A stretch of 64,000 bases of DNA from Eledone cirrhosa (lineage: Eukaryota). The position numbers and the translations under genes were made by a program. Shown one piece after another: positions 28,856 through 44,097 of the stretch. The notes beneath the pieces are model-generated. The model worked only from the letters and a program-made list of their open reading frames with translations, searched no databases and was not told the origin of the DNA. How positions within the stretch are numbered: position 1 is the first letter of the stretch; every line of letters starts with the position of its first letter. The stretch covers positions 29,512,001 to 29,576,000 of the forward strand of contig OZ024761.1 in NCBI GenBank assembly GCA_964016885.1, written 5' to 3'.

Positions 28856-29245
28856 TCTCTATTTACATATACACATTACATGTCTATAGATGTATTTCTC
28901 TCTTTACATATACACACAATACATTTATATACATGTGTATCTCCCTTTACATATACATGTCTTATACATGTATACATATACATGTCTTTAAATACACACA
29001 CAATACAGTCTTACACATGTATATGTCTTTCTCTATATATACACACACAATACATGTTTTATACATGTGCATGTCTCTCTCTATATATACACACAATACA
29101 TGTCTTATATATGTGTATATCTCTCTATATATACACACACAATACATGTCTATACATGTATATATGACTCTCTATATATATACACACAATACATATCTAT
29201 ACATGTGTCTCCCTCTTTACATATACACAATACCCGTCTTATAAA
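28856..29245. repeat. degenerate ~40-bp minisatellite (TATACACACAATACATGT...)
   Basis: Direct inspection. Confidence 0.75.
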
Positions 29246-29828
29246 TGGCTGTCTCCTTTGCATTTGATTCTATTTTTATTTTATTTTATGTTTCCCCCCC
29301 CTATAAAGAAAGGGTTGGTAAGATGGTTGCTTTCTAAAACCAGGAGACAAAGTTACATCACTTGAATTTAGGTAACCACAAAAGTCTGTATAGAGTTACA
29401 CCTTGTATTTCAGAAAAAGAGAAAAAAATGGGTTGCATATTTCCAATATTCAACTTGCTGAATGAATTTAGGGAATACAAATCATATTTTTCTCTTTTTT
29501 GGGGGGGTGGGGGGGGGGGGGGGACTTCTACCTAGAAGCACCAGCTTTTTCGAAATTGTTACTTAAATACTTAGTAACCAAAAGCTTCCTTCCATTGTGT
29601 TATGTAAAGAGAGGTAGAAGCTTGAATCATTCTTAAAACACTAATAAAGAACCTTAAATACTCTTCAAGGCTAAGGTATAAAACACCACATTAAAAATAT
29701 ATTGGTTTGTTCCAGTCAGAGTTTATTTTAAGAAAGTTTCACGATTGCTTATACCTTTCAGAGCATGTGCTAAGACCCACTGTCTGATTTTCTCTATGTC
29801 TGAGAAGCATTTAGAAAGGTTATCTTTT

Positions 29829-30570
29829 AACATTTTATGACTACCAAAATCGTACATTTAGTATAACTATTTCTAACATTTTATGACTACCAAAGTCGTA
29901 CATTTAGTATAACTATTTCTAACATTTTATGACTACCAAAGTCGTACATTTAGTATGACTATTTCTAACATTTTATGACTACCAAAGTCGTACATTTAGT
30001 ATGACTATTTCTAACATTTTATGACTACCAAAGTCGTACATTTAGTATGACTATTTCTAACATTTTATGACTACCAAAATCGTACATTTAGTATGGCTAT
30101 TTTTAAGACAGACCTGCCCAAGGTGCCTCTGATATGGCTATCATAGCAGAACAGGTCAGATCGAGGAGTGTAAGCCTTGATAAAAATCCTGCTTGTCTCA
30201 TAGTAAGCAGTAACTGATGCAACGATAATCACTTTGATTAGATGACCTTGGTGTCATGAACACTAGTGGCTTTGCAGATGACCAGCTATTAATTTGACAA
30301 AGGGTCGACACAACTGCTCCAATTAGCAGAGAAATTCATGAGTATGCAGGTGTGGAAAGCTGAATATATTCTAGATATTAGAAAAAGAAAAATGAATGCT
30401 TCACCTTTGATGGAGTTATAACTCCAAAAGAAGATATTTAACATTTTATGAGTACCAAAGTCTAACATATAGTATGGCTATTTCTAATATTTTATAAGTA
30501 CCAAAGTTGTACATTTAGTAAGGTTACTTATTAACATTATATGAGTACCAAAGTCGTACATAAGCCAAAT
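29829..30570. repeat. 46-bp tandem repeat, interrupted by ~330 bp of unique sequence
   Basis: AACATTTTATGACTACCAAAGTCGTACATTTAGTATGACTATTTCT x6 (29829-30104), then ~3 diverged copies at 30439-30570. Confidence 0.9.
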
Positions 30571-30649
30571 TTTTTTTGAAAAAGGTGCGACTATTTTCAT
30601 ATTGTATGTATTGGCATTTAATATTTATTAATTTTGAATCAAATGAACA

Positions 30650-32415
30650 CAAAACACCACCCAACAAGAAAACCACCCAAGAACACCACCACACAACAAC
30701 AGCACCCAACACCACCACCACCCAACAACACCACTACCCAACAACAACCAGCCAACAACAACCATCAATCAACACCACCACCCAACAAAATCACCACCCA
30801 ACAACACAACCACCCAACAACAGCCACTAGACAACACCACCACCACCCAACTACACCACCACCTAACAACCTCACCCAACAACACCACCACCCAACAACA
30901 CCACCCTACTACACCACCCAACTACAGCCATCAAACTACACCACCACCCAACAACAACCATCAAGCTACACCACCACCCAACAGCAACCATCAAACTACA
31001 CCACTACCCAACAACAGCCATCAAACAACACCACCACCCAACAACACCACCCAACAACACCACCACCCAACAATAGCCATCAAACAACACTACCACCCAA
31101 CAGCAACCATCAAACAACACTACCACCCAACAACAGCCATCAAACAACACTACCACCCAACAGCAACCATCAAACAACACTACCACCCAACAACAACCAT
31201 CAAACAACACCACCACCCAACAACAGCCATCAAACTACACCACCACCCAACAACAGCCATCAAACTATACCACCACCCAACAACAACCATCAAACAACAC
31301 CACCACCCAACAGCACCACCACCCAACAATAGCCATCAAACAACACCACCACCTAACAACAGCCATCAAGCTACACCACCACCCAACAACAACCATCAAA
31401 CAACACTACCACCCAACAACAGCCATCAAGCTACACCACCACCCAACAACAACCATCAAACAACACTACCACCCAACAACAGCCATCAAACTACACCACC
31501 ACCCAACAACAACCATCAAACTACACTACCACCCAACAGCAACCATCAAACAACACTACCACCCAACAACAGCCATCAAACAACACTACCACCCAACAAC
31601 AGCCATCAAACTACACCACCACCCAACAACAACCATCAAACTACACTACCACCCAACAGCAACCATCAAACAACACTACCACCTAACAACAGCCATCAAA
31701 CAACACTACCACCCAACAACAACCATCAAACAACACCACCACCCAACAACAGCCATCAAACTACACCACCACCCAACAACAGCCATCAAACTATACCACC
31801 ACCCAACAACAACCATCAAACAACACCACCACCCAACAGCACCACCACCCAACAATAGCCATCAAACAACACCACCACCTAACAACAGCCATCAAGCTAC
31901 ACCACCACCCAACAACAACCATCAAACAACACTACCACCCAACAACAACCATCAAACAACACTACCACCCAACAACAGCCATCAAGCTACACCACCACCC
32001 AACAGCACCACCACCCAACAACAACCATCAAACTACACCACCACCCAACAACAACCATCAAACAACACTACCACCCAACAACAGCCATCAAGCTACACCA
32101 CCACCCAACAGCACCACCACCCAACAACAACCATCAAACTACACCACCACCCAACAACAGCCATCAAACTATACCACCACCCAACAACAACCATCAAACA
32201 ACACCACCACCCAACAGCACCACCACCCAACAATAGCCATCAAACAACACTACCACCCAACAACAGCCATCAAGCTACACCACCACCCAACAGCACCACC
32301 ACCCAACAACAACCATCAAACTACACCACCACCCAACAACAACCATCAAACTACACTACCACCCAACAACAACCATCAAACTACACTACCACCAAACAAC
32401 AACCATCAAACAACC
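30650..32415. repeat. 30-bp C/A-rich minisatellite (CACCACCCAACAACAGCCATCAAACAACAC)
   Basis: Dozens of tandem copies. Confidence 0.95.
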
Positions 32416-32803
32416 TATGAAAAGACTAAGTATATCTTATCAGCACTCTTCTTTCTCTCACTCTTTCTATCACACACCCTCTCTCTCTCACACCATCTCT
32501 CTCCCCCCCCCCCCTCTCTCTATCTCTCTTTCTAGTCCATGCATTAATCCAATGGAAAGGAAGAGCTAATCAGAAAAAATACAAAAATATGTAAATGAAT
32601 GCCGAAAGATTTTTAATTTAACAAAAAAATTGTATTCAACCGCAGATTCACACACACACACACACACACACATACACATACAGACACACAGACTCACACA
32701 TAAAGACACAGGCACACATACACACAAAATGGTGGTCTTTTGGAGAGGTGTCTTTCATTATTTTATACATACACACACAAACATATATATATATATACAC
32801 ACA

Positions 32804-32875
<72 letters not shown>

Positions 32876-33535
32876 ATATATTATATATATATATATATGT
32901 ATGTATCATCATCATCATCATTTTACATAGATATATACAATATATTCTATATATATATATATATATATATACATACACACACAAATATATATATACTATA
33001 TACTCACACAAACACATATATATATATATATATATTCTACACACACACATATATATATATATGGTTTTACAGCATTTTACCGTTTCCTCAGATCCAGGCC
33101 TAATTAGCTTTATTTATTTTATTTTCTATTCTATTATATTAATATCTATTTTTCTTTCTTCTCATTAATGGAAGCAAATTTTGCCACCAGTCTTTCAATT
33201 AGGAATTAAAAGATATAGCCAAGATTCAGCAGCCAAATTCCAACTGCTCCGTTAAACTAAATATAGCTGAATCACACAGGATATCAAACTAAAGTATTTC
33301 ATAAGACAGCACTCATCAATTCTTCTATTTTGGACGAGGTTATCAACTTCAAAAACAAATTGCTATACATCCATTCACAGTCACACACACACGTGTGTAT
33401 CAGTGTGTGAATGTATGTGTGTGTGTGTATGTAGATCATCATCATTTTACATCTGCTTTTCCCTGCTTTCAAGGGTGGGATATATATATATATTTATATA
33501 TATATATATTTATATATATGCACATACATGAATGT

Positions 33536-33578
<43 letters not shown>

Positions 33579-33904
33579 AACATGCACATGCATGTATGTG
33601 TGTATATATATATGTATATATACATGCACACACATGAATACATGAATATGCACTTACATATATATATATGCATACACATACATGTATGTGTGTATATATA
33701 TATATGTATATATACATGCACACACATGAATACATGAATATGCACTTATATATATATGCATACACATACATGTGTGTATATATATATATATACAAACATG
33801 CACATGCATGTATGTGTGTATATATATATATATGCATATATACATGCACACACATGAATACATGAATATGCACTTACATATATATATATATGCATACACA
33901 TACA

Positions 33905-33963
<59 letters not shown>

Positions 33964-33964
33964 G

Positions 33965-34125
33965 AGCTGATGAGGCGGAAGAGTTGTTAGAGCATCAGAT
34001 AGAATGCATTGCAGTATTCATTCAGGCTCTCTAGTCTCTGAGATCAAATCCTGTCGAGGTCTTCTTTGCCTTCCATTCTTTTGAGGTTATTGAAAAGAAA
34101 GTACCAGTCCAATACAAACTGGGGT
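33965..34125 (+). mobile_element. diverged SINE family A copy
   Basis: GAGATCAAATCCTGTCGAGGTC...TTTGCCTTCCATTCTTTTGAGGTT...GTACCAG. Confidence 0.6.
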
Positions 34126-34629
34126 AAATTCTTACTTTCTCTCTCTCTCTATCTCTCTCTGGAAGAAATTGGCTGTGTTCATAACTGGAGAGGTGATGGG
34201 CTCTGCCAGGTTTTAAAAATGTTCCCAAGACTTCATCAAGAGTTATGGGTCCATTATCTAGTCATGTAGGGCTTCCCTAACAAAATGTTGCGAGGTCCTT
34301 CAGTTATGCCAAGGACATGACAGCTTCCTTAGTGTATAGAGATCTACAAAATAAAAGCATCCAGTACATGCTGTAAAGTGTTTGGTGATAGGAAGGGCAC
34401 CCAGCCATAAACATCTTGCCAATCAAAGGGTTGGGAGGAATCTTCAGTCATGTCGAGGACATGACAACCACTCCTGTCATTCGGAAGAACGGGAGACTGT
34501 ACAGAAGCAAGGTGTAGATCCCTGGTCTATCTGGGAGGTCATTAGCCCCGCTTCAGTACTGACTTGTTTTATGTAGACACGTCCAACTCTTGTTAGAAAG
34601 GAAATCAGACAATGAAATGAAGATGATGA

Positions 34630-34781
34630 TCATCATCATCATCATTTTACGTCTGCTTTTCCCTGCTTGCAAGGGTGAAGTGGGTCCTATTCAACACAGC
34701 ATCTCTCCACTTGTCACGGTCGTTCATCATCTCCTCCGTAAGCTTTAGTGATCTGAGGTCTGCTCTCACCACCTCCACCCA

Positions 34782-34783
<2 letters not shown>
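34630..34783 (-). mobile_element. RTE LINE extreme 3' end
   Basis: WVEVVRADLRSLKLTEEMMNDRDKWRDAVLNR, homologous to the end of the 7548-8847 element. Confidence 0.85.
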
Positions 34784-34819
<36 letters not shown>

Positions 34820-35259
34820 TAATAAATGGAAACAAATTAATTTGGTATCCCTGAAATATGTATAATGAAATAAATATGGTTTTATAAATATAGTTTCCAT
34901 TTATTAATATCGTATATCTACTCCAAAAACTTGTCGAGTGCTTTATATCAGTTATAAAATATTTACTTGTTGTATCCCAACAATTTTAAATAGAACTTTT
35001 GCATATATATATATACATATATATATATATAAACAAAGAAAGTGTGGTAAGAAACTAGGTGGACCAAATGGACCAGAGTACTCAATACTTATGGTAGTAG
35101 TTGTTGAAATGGCCGGAGCTCAGCCGTCGGGGTCCTGACTCTTTTCCTATTTTCCTATATATATACAGTTTTTGTTAATTTAGAAATCTGGAGACATCTA
35201 CAAGGATACACTTGGAACTCCTCTACTTAATCCTTGCTTTATCCCATGAATAAAATATT

Positions 35260-35437
35260 TGTTTCTAATTTAGGCACAAGGCCAGCAATAACCCAGTTCA
35301 TTACTGGTACTTTATTTTATCGACCCCGTAAGGATGAAAGGCAAAGTCAACCTCGGCGGGATTTGAACTCAGATCGTAAAGGGACGTAAGTATGCTGGAA
35401 AGCATGGCGTCCGACCCTCTACCGATACTGCCAATCC
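35260..35437 (-). mobile_element. SINE family A with 19-bp TSD
   Basis: ATCCCATGAATAAAATATT at 35241-35259 and 35438-35456. Confidence 0.9.
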
Positions 35438-35509
35438 ATCCCATGAATAAAATATTGAATATAGGAAATATTGAAAAGAGAAGAAGAATGATTATGACAA
35501 ACAATAACA

Positions 35510-36350
35510 ATGAGGATGAGGAAGAGGAGAATGATGATGACAATGATGATGAAAATGATGACGAAGATGATGATGTAAACGATGATGATAATGATTATGA
35601 TGACGATGATGTTGAAGATGAAGATGATGTCAATGATGATGATAATAATTGTTTCTACTTTAGGCACAAAGCCAGCAATTACCCAGTACATTACTGGTAC
35701 TTTATTTTATCGACCCCCGTAAGGATGAAAGGCAAAGTTAACCATGATGATGATAATAATGATGATCATGATGATGACGATGACAATGATGATGAAGATG
35801 ATGACAATGATGATGAAGATGATGATGAAGATGATGTCAATGATGAAGATGAAGATGATGTCAATGATGATGACAATGATGATGAAGATCATGTCAATGA
35901 TGATGAAGATGATGTCAATGATGATGACGATGATGAAGATGATGTCAATGATGATGACGATGAAGATGAAGATGATGTCAATGATGATGACGAAGATGAC
36001 GAAGATGAAGATGATGTCAATGATGATGACGATGAAGATGACGAAGATGAAGATGATGTCAATGATGATGACGATGAAGATGACGAAGATGAAGATGATG
36101 TCAATGATGATGACGATGAAGATGACGAAGATGAAGATGATGCCAATGATGATGACGATGAAGATGACGAAGATGAAGATGATGTCAATGATGATGACGA
36201 TGAAGATGACGAAGATGAAGATGATGTCAATGATGATGACGATGATGATGAAGATGAAGTCAATGATGACGATGATGATGAAGATGATGTCAATGATGAT
36301 TACGATGATGACGAAGATGATGATGTCAATGATGATGACGATGATGATGA
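35510..36350. repeat. (GAT/GAC/GAA)n trinucleotide repeat, with a SINE A fragment at 35649-35742
   Basis: Direct inspection. Confidence 0.93.
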
Positions 36351-37286
36351 CCTAATACTTGTAATAAAATGATCAATTGCTTTCAAGTGACTCCTGAAGA
36401 ACTTCATAGAATTTCAAAGAATACCATTCATTGTATGCCATCGACCTAACCATCCTCCCCTAACCATCGCTCCCCCACCATCGTTTGGTACATCCATCTA
36501 ATAAATACAGAGATAAGCACGTGCAGCATAGAGAGAGACATGCCTATTATAGATGTTACAGTTTATTGAGTGGTTCAATTGCTTAACCACAACCACAACC
36601 ACAACCACAACCATTGCTGTCGGCACTTCCAACACTACCACAACCATAACCAATACCCTAACCATTATTAATTATATATATATACATATGTATATATACA
36701 TATACATATATGTGTGTGTGTATACCTATATGTATATAAACATATATATATACATACACACATATATATAATAATAATAATAATAATATATAAATATATA
36801 TACCCATATATATATAATAATAATATATATATATACACCCATATATATATACACCCATATATATATACACCCATATATATATATAATAATATACACACGC
36901 ACACACACACAAACAAATACATACATACACACTTAAACAGACATACATGCATTATATATACACACATGTATATATGTATATCGGAAATTGGGGGGATTTT
37001 TTGATTTTTTTGCTGCTGTTGTTGTTATTGTTAAATTGTATAATTGATTTTAGAAGACCACAACATGGAGAGAAAAAACAAAAAAAAAACAAAAAAATAT
37101 TATAAGGAAGAAAGAAAGGAAAGAAGGAAGGGAAAGAAGGAAGGAAATATGAAAGAGAGGAAGAAAGATACAAAGAAACCGTTTTTCATTCCTTTTCTCC
37201 ACATTGTTATAGAAATATTTTTTTTAGAATACCCAAAGATTACATTACAAAGAATGGGGAGCAGTGAGAGAAAAACTCACAAAAGC

Positions 37287-37318
<32 letters not shown>

Positions 37319-37826
37319 GTGTGCGTGTATATATATATATATATATATATATCATAAAAGAAAAAAAATTCTATTCATTTATATATATGTATGTATATAT
37401 ATATGTATATATATATTACAAAATAACAAAAATTTATATATATATATAGATAGATAGATATTACAAAAGAAAGAAAATTTCTATTCATTTATATATACGT
37501 ACATATATATATATGTACATACATACATATATATACACATATATAATATATAGATATATATGTGTGTGTGTGTATGCATATGTGTGTATGTGTATATGTA
37601 TATATGTATGTGTATATGAATACATATGTATGTATGTATATATGTATATGACATTTTAAAAATACAAGGTTGTTATTTTACTACTTAAAGATATATTTCT
37701 AAATATACTTAGAATTTCTCTTTTCATTTCCCTTTCATACATTTTGTTAATTCTTCAGACAAAGATAAGCTGCTACTTCTATTATTTCTATTTTCTTATT
37801 TCTTAAATATATATCTAATATATCTA

Positions 37827-37907
<81 letters not shown>

Positions 37908-37908
37908 C

Positions 37909-37964
<56 letters not shown>

Positions 37965-38950
37965 AAATTATATATACATATATATATATATTTAAGTAAT
38001 AAAATAACAATCTGGTATTTTTAAAATGTCATATACATACATACACATACATACATATGCATACATATATATACATATATAATGCATACATATGTACTTA
38101 CACACATACATACATAATACATTAACTAAAATTTAAACAAAATGTTAATTTTCTTTAAATGGAGGAGGGTTTGAAATGTTGCTGAAGTAGGGTGCTGATG
38201 ATAGTGGTCATTGTGGTGGTGATGATGATGGTGGTGGTGGTGGTGGTGATGATGGGATGAGGGTGTGATGGTGATAGTGACAGGTGATATGAAGATGTTG
38301 ACAATAAGCTGAAGTAGATGATGGTGGTGGTGGTGGTGATGTTGGTGAGGATGATATTGATTATGATGGTGGTGGTGATAATGATGATGGTGGGGCAGTG
38401 ATATTGATAATGGTAGCAGTGATGGTGATGATGAAGGCGGCACGAGTAGTGATGTTGATGGTGGTGGTGGTGGTGGTGGTGGTGACGATGATGGCAGTGG
38501 AGGTGGTTGTTGATGATGATGATGGTGGTGGTGGTGGTGATGGTGGTGGTGGTGATGTTGATGGTGATGATGGTGGTAGTGATGGTGATGATGATGGTTG
38601 TAGTGATGGTATTGATGGTGGCAGTGATGGTGGTGACAATGGTAGCGGTGATCGGTGATAGTGATGATGAAGGTGGCAGTGGCGGTGATGTTGATTATGT
38701 TGATGATGATGATAGTGGTGATGACGATGGTGGTGGTGGTGGCAATTCTTTGTGTTGATTCTTTCCATGTTAAGAAGAGAGTGAAGAGGTTGAAGAGGTA
38801 GAAAAGAGAAGGATGAGGATGGCTGCCAGCCTGTGTTTAGATTAGAATATTAAGAGAATGTAGGACATATATTTCCACATGTAGATATACACATGTACAC
38901 ACCACACACATGCAATAGATGTTTACATGTGTATGTGTGTGTAAACATAA

Positions 38951-39007
<57 letters not shown>

Positions 39008-39048
39008 TTTATGTTTACACATGTATATATATCATCATTCATCATTTT

Positions 39049-39115
<67 letters not shown>

Positions 39116-39269
39116 GTGTATAGGATTATCCTGGATGCAGTAATGGTTAATTACTACACTGGATAGAGTTGACGTACGGTGATGGGTTACATATATATGT
39201 ATATATATATATATATATATGTATATTATATTATTATATTATATTATTATATTATATTAATATATTATA

Positions 39270-39356
39270 TTATGCATACTCCAGTCCCACAAACTGTAGA
39301 GTGCTTCTTATCTGATATCTGCATTGCTTTATTGTACTACAATAAAACTCACCTCC

Positions 39357-39360
<4 letters not shown>
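39270..39360 (+). mobile_element. solo pLTR-end fragment of the Naiad family at 56242-58280
   Basis: CAAACTGTAGAGTGCTTCTTATCTGATATCTGCATTGCTTTATTGTACTACAATAAAACTCACCTCCTACA is near identical to 58211-58281. Flanked by TA-rich repeats. Confidence 0.8.
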
Positions 39361-39399
<39 letters not shown>

Positions 39400-39452
39400 A
39401 TATATATGTATATATATATATGTATATATGTATATATATATGTATATATGTA

Positions 39453-39529
<77 letters not shown>

Positions 39530-39534
39530 GTATG

Positions 39535-39620
<86 letters not shown>

Positions 39621-39830
39621 CATATATATATGTGCGTATATATATATATGTGTGTGTGTGTGTGTAGCAATATCCGTAGATGTGAAAAAGGAAAACACCA
39701 CTCAATTGGGAAAAGAATAGAAATATATATATAATATATATATGTATACACATATATATATATACATATATATATACACATATATATACAGATATATATG
39801 TATACATATATATATACATATATATATATA

Positions 39831-42610
39831 TAAGAGACTTAATGGAATTTTGGCTGATTCTAATAATGCGGTTTTAACTAATCCTTGTAGTAACCCTAGT
39901 CTTGATAGTGGGATATTAGATAATGGTAGAGTCGGTAAGGATAAAAATAGAAGGAGACTAAATACTTATTTTAACCCGCCATATAATCAGGAAGTATTAA
40001 CTAATATCCCTAGGTCTTTCTTTTCTATCTTAGAGAAAAATTTCCCTCCTTCTCATAAATACCATAGTATTTTTAATAAAAATGTTATTAAACTTTCTCT
40101 ACCACCCCTCATATTAGTTCTCATTTAGCTAGCACTAACAATAGGAAAATTAGGGATGGATTCTCCTCTCTACATACTACTAGTCTGAACAGATCTGGAA
40201 ATGCCTTACCACCAGAACAGACCTTATCTAATAGCAATCCTACGTGTAATGCATCACCACTTCAGCCAACCAATAGCACCCGGAAGTGTAACTGTAGAGT
40301 GAGTGCTAACTGCCCTTTAAACGGTAACTGCCTCTCTAAGAACATCGTCTATGCTTGCATAGTTATAACTAATTCCTCTAATAGAACTTATATAGGCTCT
40401 ACATCTAACACTTTTAAGACTAGGTTTAATTCTCATATCTCTAATTTCAAACATGTTAAGTTTAAGAATTCTACTTCTTTAGCACACTATATCTGGGATC
40501 TTAAGGGGGCTAATATACCATATAGCCTTAATTGGCATTTAGTAGCACGCTCTAATAACTTTTCTACACATACTAAATTTTGTAATCTCTGTATCCTCGA
40601 GACACACTCTATAATTTTCTCTAGCGAATCCTTACTTAATAGAAAGTTCTCTTCTTGCCCCCACGCTATTTCTAATTCTTACTTTTATTATAAACCTAAA
40701 GGTTCTAGTAGTATAAATTGTATCCATTAGCTGATATATTCCATTACTTATTTTTTAGTTTAGGTTCTTTTTGTTTACCACCATTATTATCATCATTATT
40801 ATCATTGGTTTTTGACAACTCTTTATTCTCTCTTTATAGCTCTCATAATCTTTTGGCTACTACACCATATCTATCTTCTTATGCATTAAATTTTCACTAT
40901 TAACACCTTATGAGTATATATCTGATTATATATTTTACATTATTTTAGTTTATTTCATTTTATTTTATTTTATTTTATTTTATTTGGATTCTTCTTTGGA
41001 TAAACCCCACCCATGCACACATAAACTTATTGCCAACCCCTCCAAATAGATTATGATTATATTTAATCCCCCCCCCCTCTTTTACGCTCCTTTCTATTAT
41101 TTAATATACTATATTGACTATGATTTTATGCTCCTTTGTATCCTCCATACATTTCTTTTTTTCTGTCCCTATTAGCCTACCATAATTCTGCTTAAGTCAG
41201 TTTTTTAGATATTGTTATGTAAATGATAGTAGAAAATTTCATTCCTTTATATATATATTTGTAGTGAAATATTAACGTTTATAAATTTTGATTACTTAAA
41301 CCATAGCTAATACTGTATTGCCTTATTAGATATTTTAAATATTTTTAATATTAATTTATCAAATAGGGTTTTCGAGTCATTTACCGGGGTTGTTTCCTAA
41401 GTTTTTACTTAACTGCATGTGAGACCTAAGTATATACTTTTGCTTTTGTTTTTTTAATTTCCAGTTGATTCTATTTATTTATTTATTTGTAATACTACTG
41501 TGCATTCTATTTACTGTCTGGCCCTTACTCACTCATCCACTTATATGTCTGTTTTTATAAGTAATTATATATTATATTATTTAATTATTTTATATTGTAT
41601 TTGTTATTGTACTATCGATCCTTATTACTTACCGTTGATTATATGTACCATTGTGATATGTTAAACTTTATATATCATGTAAGATGTTTATATTTTTGTA
41701 CCATCATAATTTTGGGTATTGTACAATTTATATTTTTTTATCACCTACTATGTAACTCTATATGAATTGATTTGTTAACTTGCATGCCATTATATATTAT
41801 ATATTATATATGTTATTATATTATTATTATAGTATTATTGTGACATCTATATTGTTTGTGTAAATTAACCGGAGATTATCTATTATATTATATTATATAG
41901 TATATAATTGTATAGTTTATTATATATTATATGTGCTACTTATAATCATATCATATTATTACCTCATGTATATTAGATATACGTATTATTATTATTATTA
42001 TTATTTTTATTCCTATCATGCTTATTTATATTTAAACTCTTAATAAGGTTTAATTTGTGCTGTTGAAGATGGATATGTGTATTGATGTATGTGTACATGT
42101 GCGTACGTGTTCGTACATATATACATATGTATATTGTACCTTTTAATTTTTATTGTAATTTTAATATTGTTACAAGTATATTATATTATATTATATAGTA
42201 TTATATATAATTCCTGCTCTATATAACCACCTTTGTTTAGCTCTAGGTTTTTTTTGCTTTGGACTATATTTGTAATATGGTTCTAAATGCTATACACCTC
42301 CTTAGTGATTTTTATTATATATTTTTACCCATAATCTTGCAATACTTTAGTGTATGTACACTCCATATTCTTCGGAGTTTTCGGCTTGTATTGGCCGATA
42401 ATACTTCTTGTTGTTTTAATTGCCCTGATGAGTCCTTAATAGGACGAAACATTGTTGGCTAATAAAGACTTTTGATGTATTGAAGGCTTCTTTGTTTTAC
42501 TTTCATAATTCTTCGGCTCTGTTTAATTACATTGAGCTATACCTTTTACTGTCATTTCTATAATACGAAGAGGGTGTTTAACTCCAACACGCTCCAGTAT
42601 TTTAATCCTA
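39831..42610 (+). mobile_element. Penelope-like element (Naiad type), 5'-truncated: linker, GIY-YIG endonuclease, long 3'UTR and pLTR
   Basis: YFNPPY...NFPPSHKYHSIFNKN, CNCRVSANCPLNGNC (CxCx5Cx5C), IVY...YIGST..FKTR..SH, CNLCILE. Frameshift near 40100, hammerhead at 42422, and (TA)n on both sides. Confidence 0.88.
42422..42459 (+). ncRNA. minimal type-I hammerhead ribozyme
   Basis: GCC-CUGAUGA-GUCCU(UAAU)AGGAC-GAAAC(AUU)GUU-GGC, followed by AAUAAA. Confidence 0.88.
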
Positions 42611-42614
42611 TATA

Positions 42615-42648
<34 letters not shown>

Positions 42649-42875
42649 CATATATATACATACATATATATATATATACATATATATACATACATATATA
42701 TACATATATATATACATATATATATACATATATATACATATATATATACATACATATATATACATATATATATACATATATATATATACATATATATATA
42801 CATATATATATACATATATATATACATATATATATACATATATATATATACATATATATATACATATATATATAC

Positions 42876-42920
<45 letters not shown>

Positions 42921-43027
42921 CATATATATATATACATATATATATACATATATACATATATATATACATATATACATATATATATATATACATATATATA
43001 TACATATATATATACATATATATATAC

Positions 43028-43058
<31 letters not shown>

Positions 43059-43273
43059 CATATATATATACATATATACATATATATATATATACATATA
43101 TATGTATATACATATATATATATATACATATATACATATATACATATGTATATATATACATATATATATATACATAAATATATATATACATATATATATA
43201 CATATATATATACATATATATATACATATATATATACATATATATATACACATATTCATACATATATATATAC

Positions 43274-43308
<35 letters not shown>

Positions 43309-43351
43309 CATACATATATATATACATATATATATGTACATATATATACAC

Positions 43352-43386
<35 letters not shown>

Positions 43387-43430
43387 CATTCATATATAGA
43401 CACATATATATATATACATATATATATTAT
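42611..43430. repeat. (TA)n/(TACATA)n microsatellite
   Basis: Direct inspection. Confidence 0.95.
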
Positions 43431-44097
43431 ATTAGGTGTAAATCAAAGTTGTAGCTGCTATATCTAATCTATCTATATATATAAATATAGATACACACAC
43501 TGATATATATATATATATATATACTCATATATATATATACACACTACATGTACACATACAAAGATGCACATTTTAGAGGCATGGTGTACAATTCCGAAGT
43601 TCAACACTTGAAGTAGTCTGCAAGTATGCTTATTGTAACTTGAACATCTACACTCAGTCATATACAGACAGACATATACATACACATACCTATATAAACA
43701 CATACTTATATAGACGCATACATATAAACATATGTAGACAGATACACATATATAGACACATACATATACAGACACATACATATATAGACACATACATATA
43801 CAGACACATACATATAGGGACATCCATATACAGACATTTACACATAGACCCCTCCATATACAGACATATACATATAGCCACATACATATACAGATACATT
43901 TACACACACATATATATATATACACACACACATACATGCACATACATACATATACATGCACATACATACAGACACACACACACATGGATATCCATATACA
44001 TAATATAGATTCAGGTGGAATAAAAATACTAACATTGATATTGTTCATTTTGTTTCGTAAAACACTAGCTAGATATGGTTTTTCCAATAATATGTAC

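Noticed and set aside
29755-29799. 45-nt minus-strand exon (IEKIRQWVLAHALK)
   Set aside because: Weak donor (GTATAA) and acceptor, and no recognisable homology.
35392-36372. 326-aa acidic ORF
   Set aside because: It consists of trinucleotide repeat plus SINE fragments.
42523-43467. Long YI-repeat ORFs (also at 3.1, 25-26, 33, 39, 55 and 60 kb)
   Set aside because: They are translations of (TA)n/(CA)n microsatellites.
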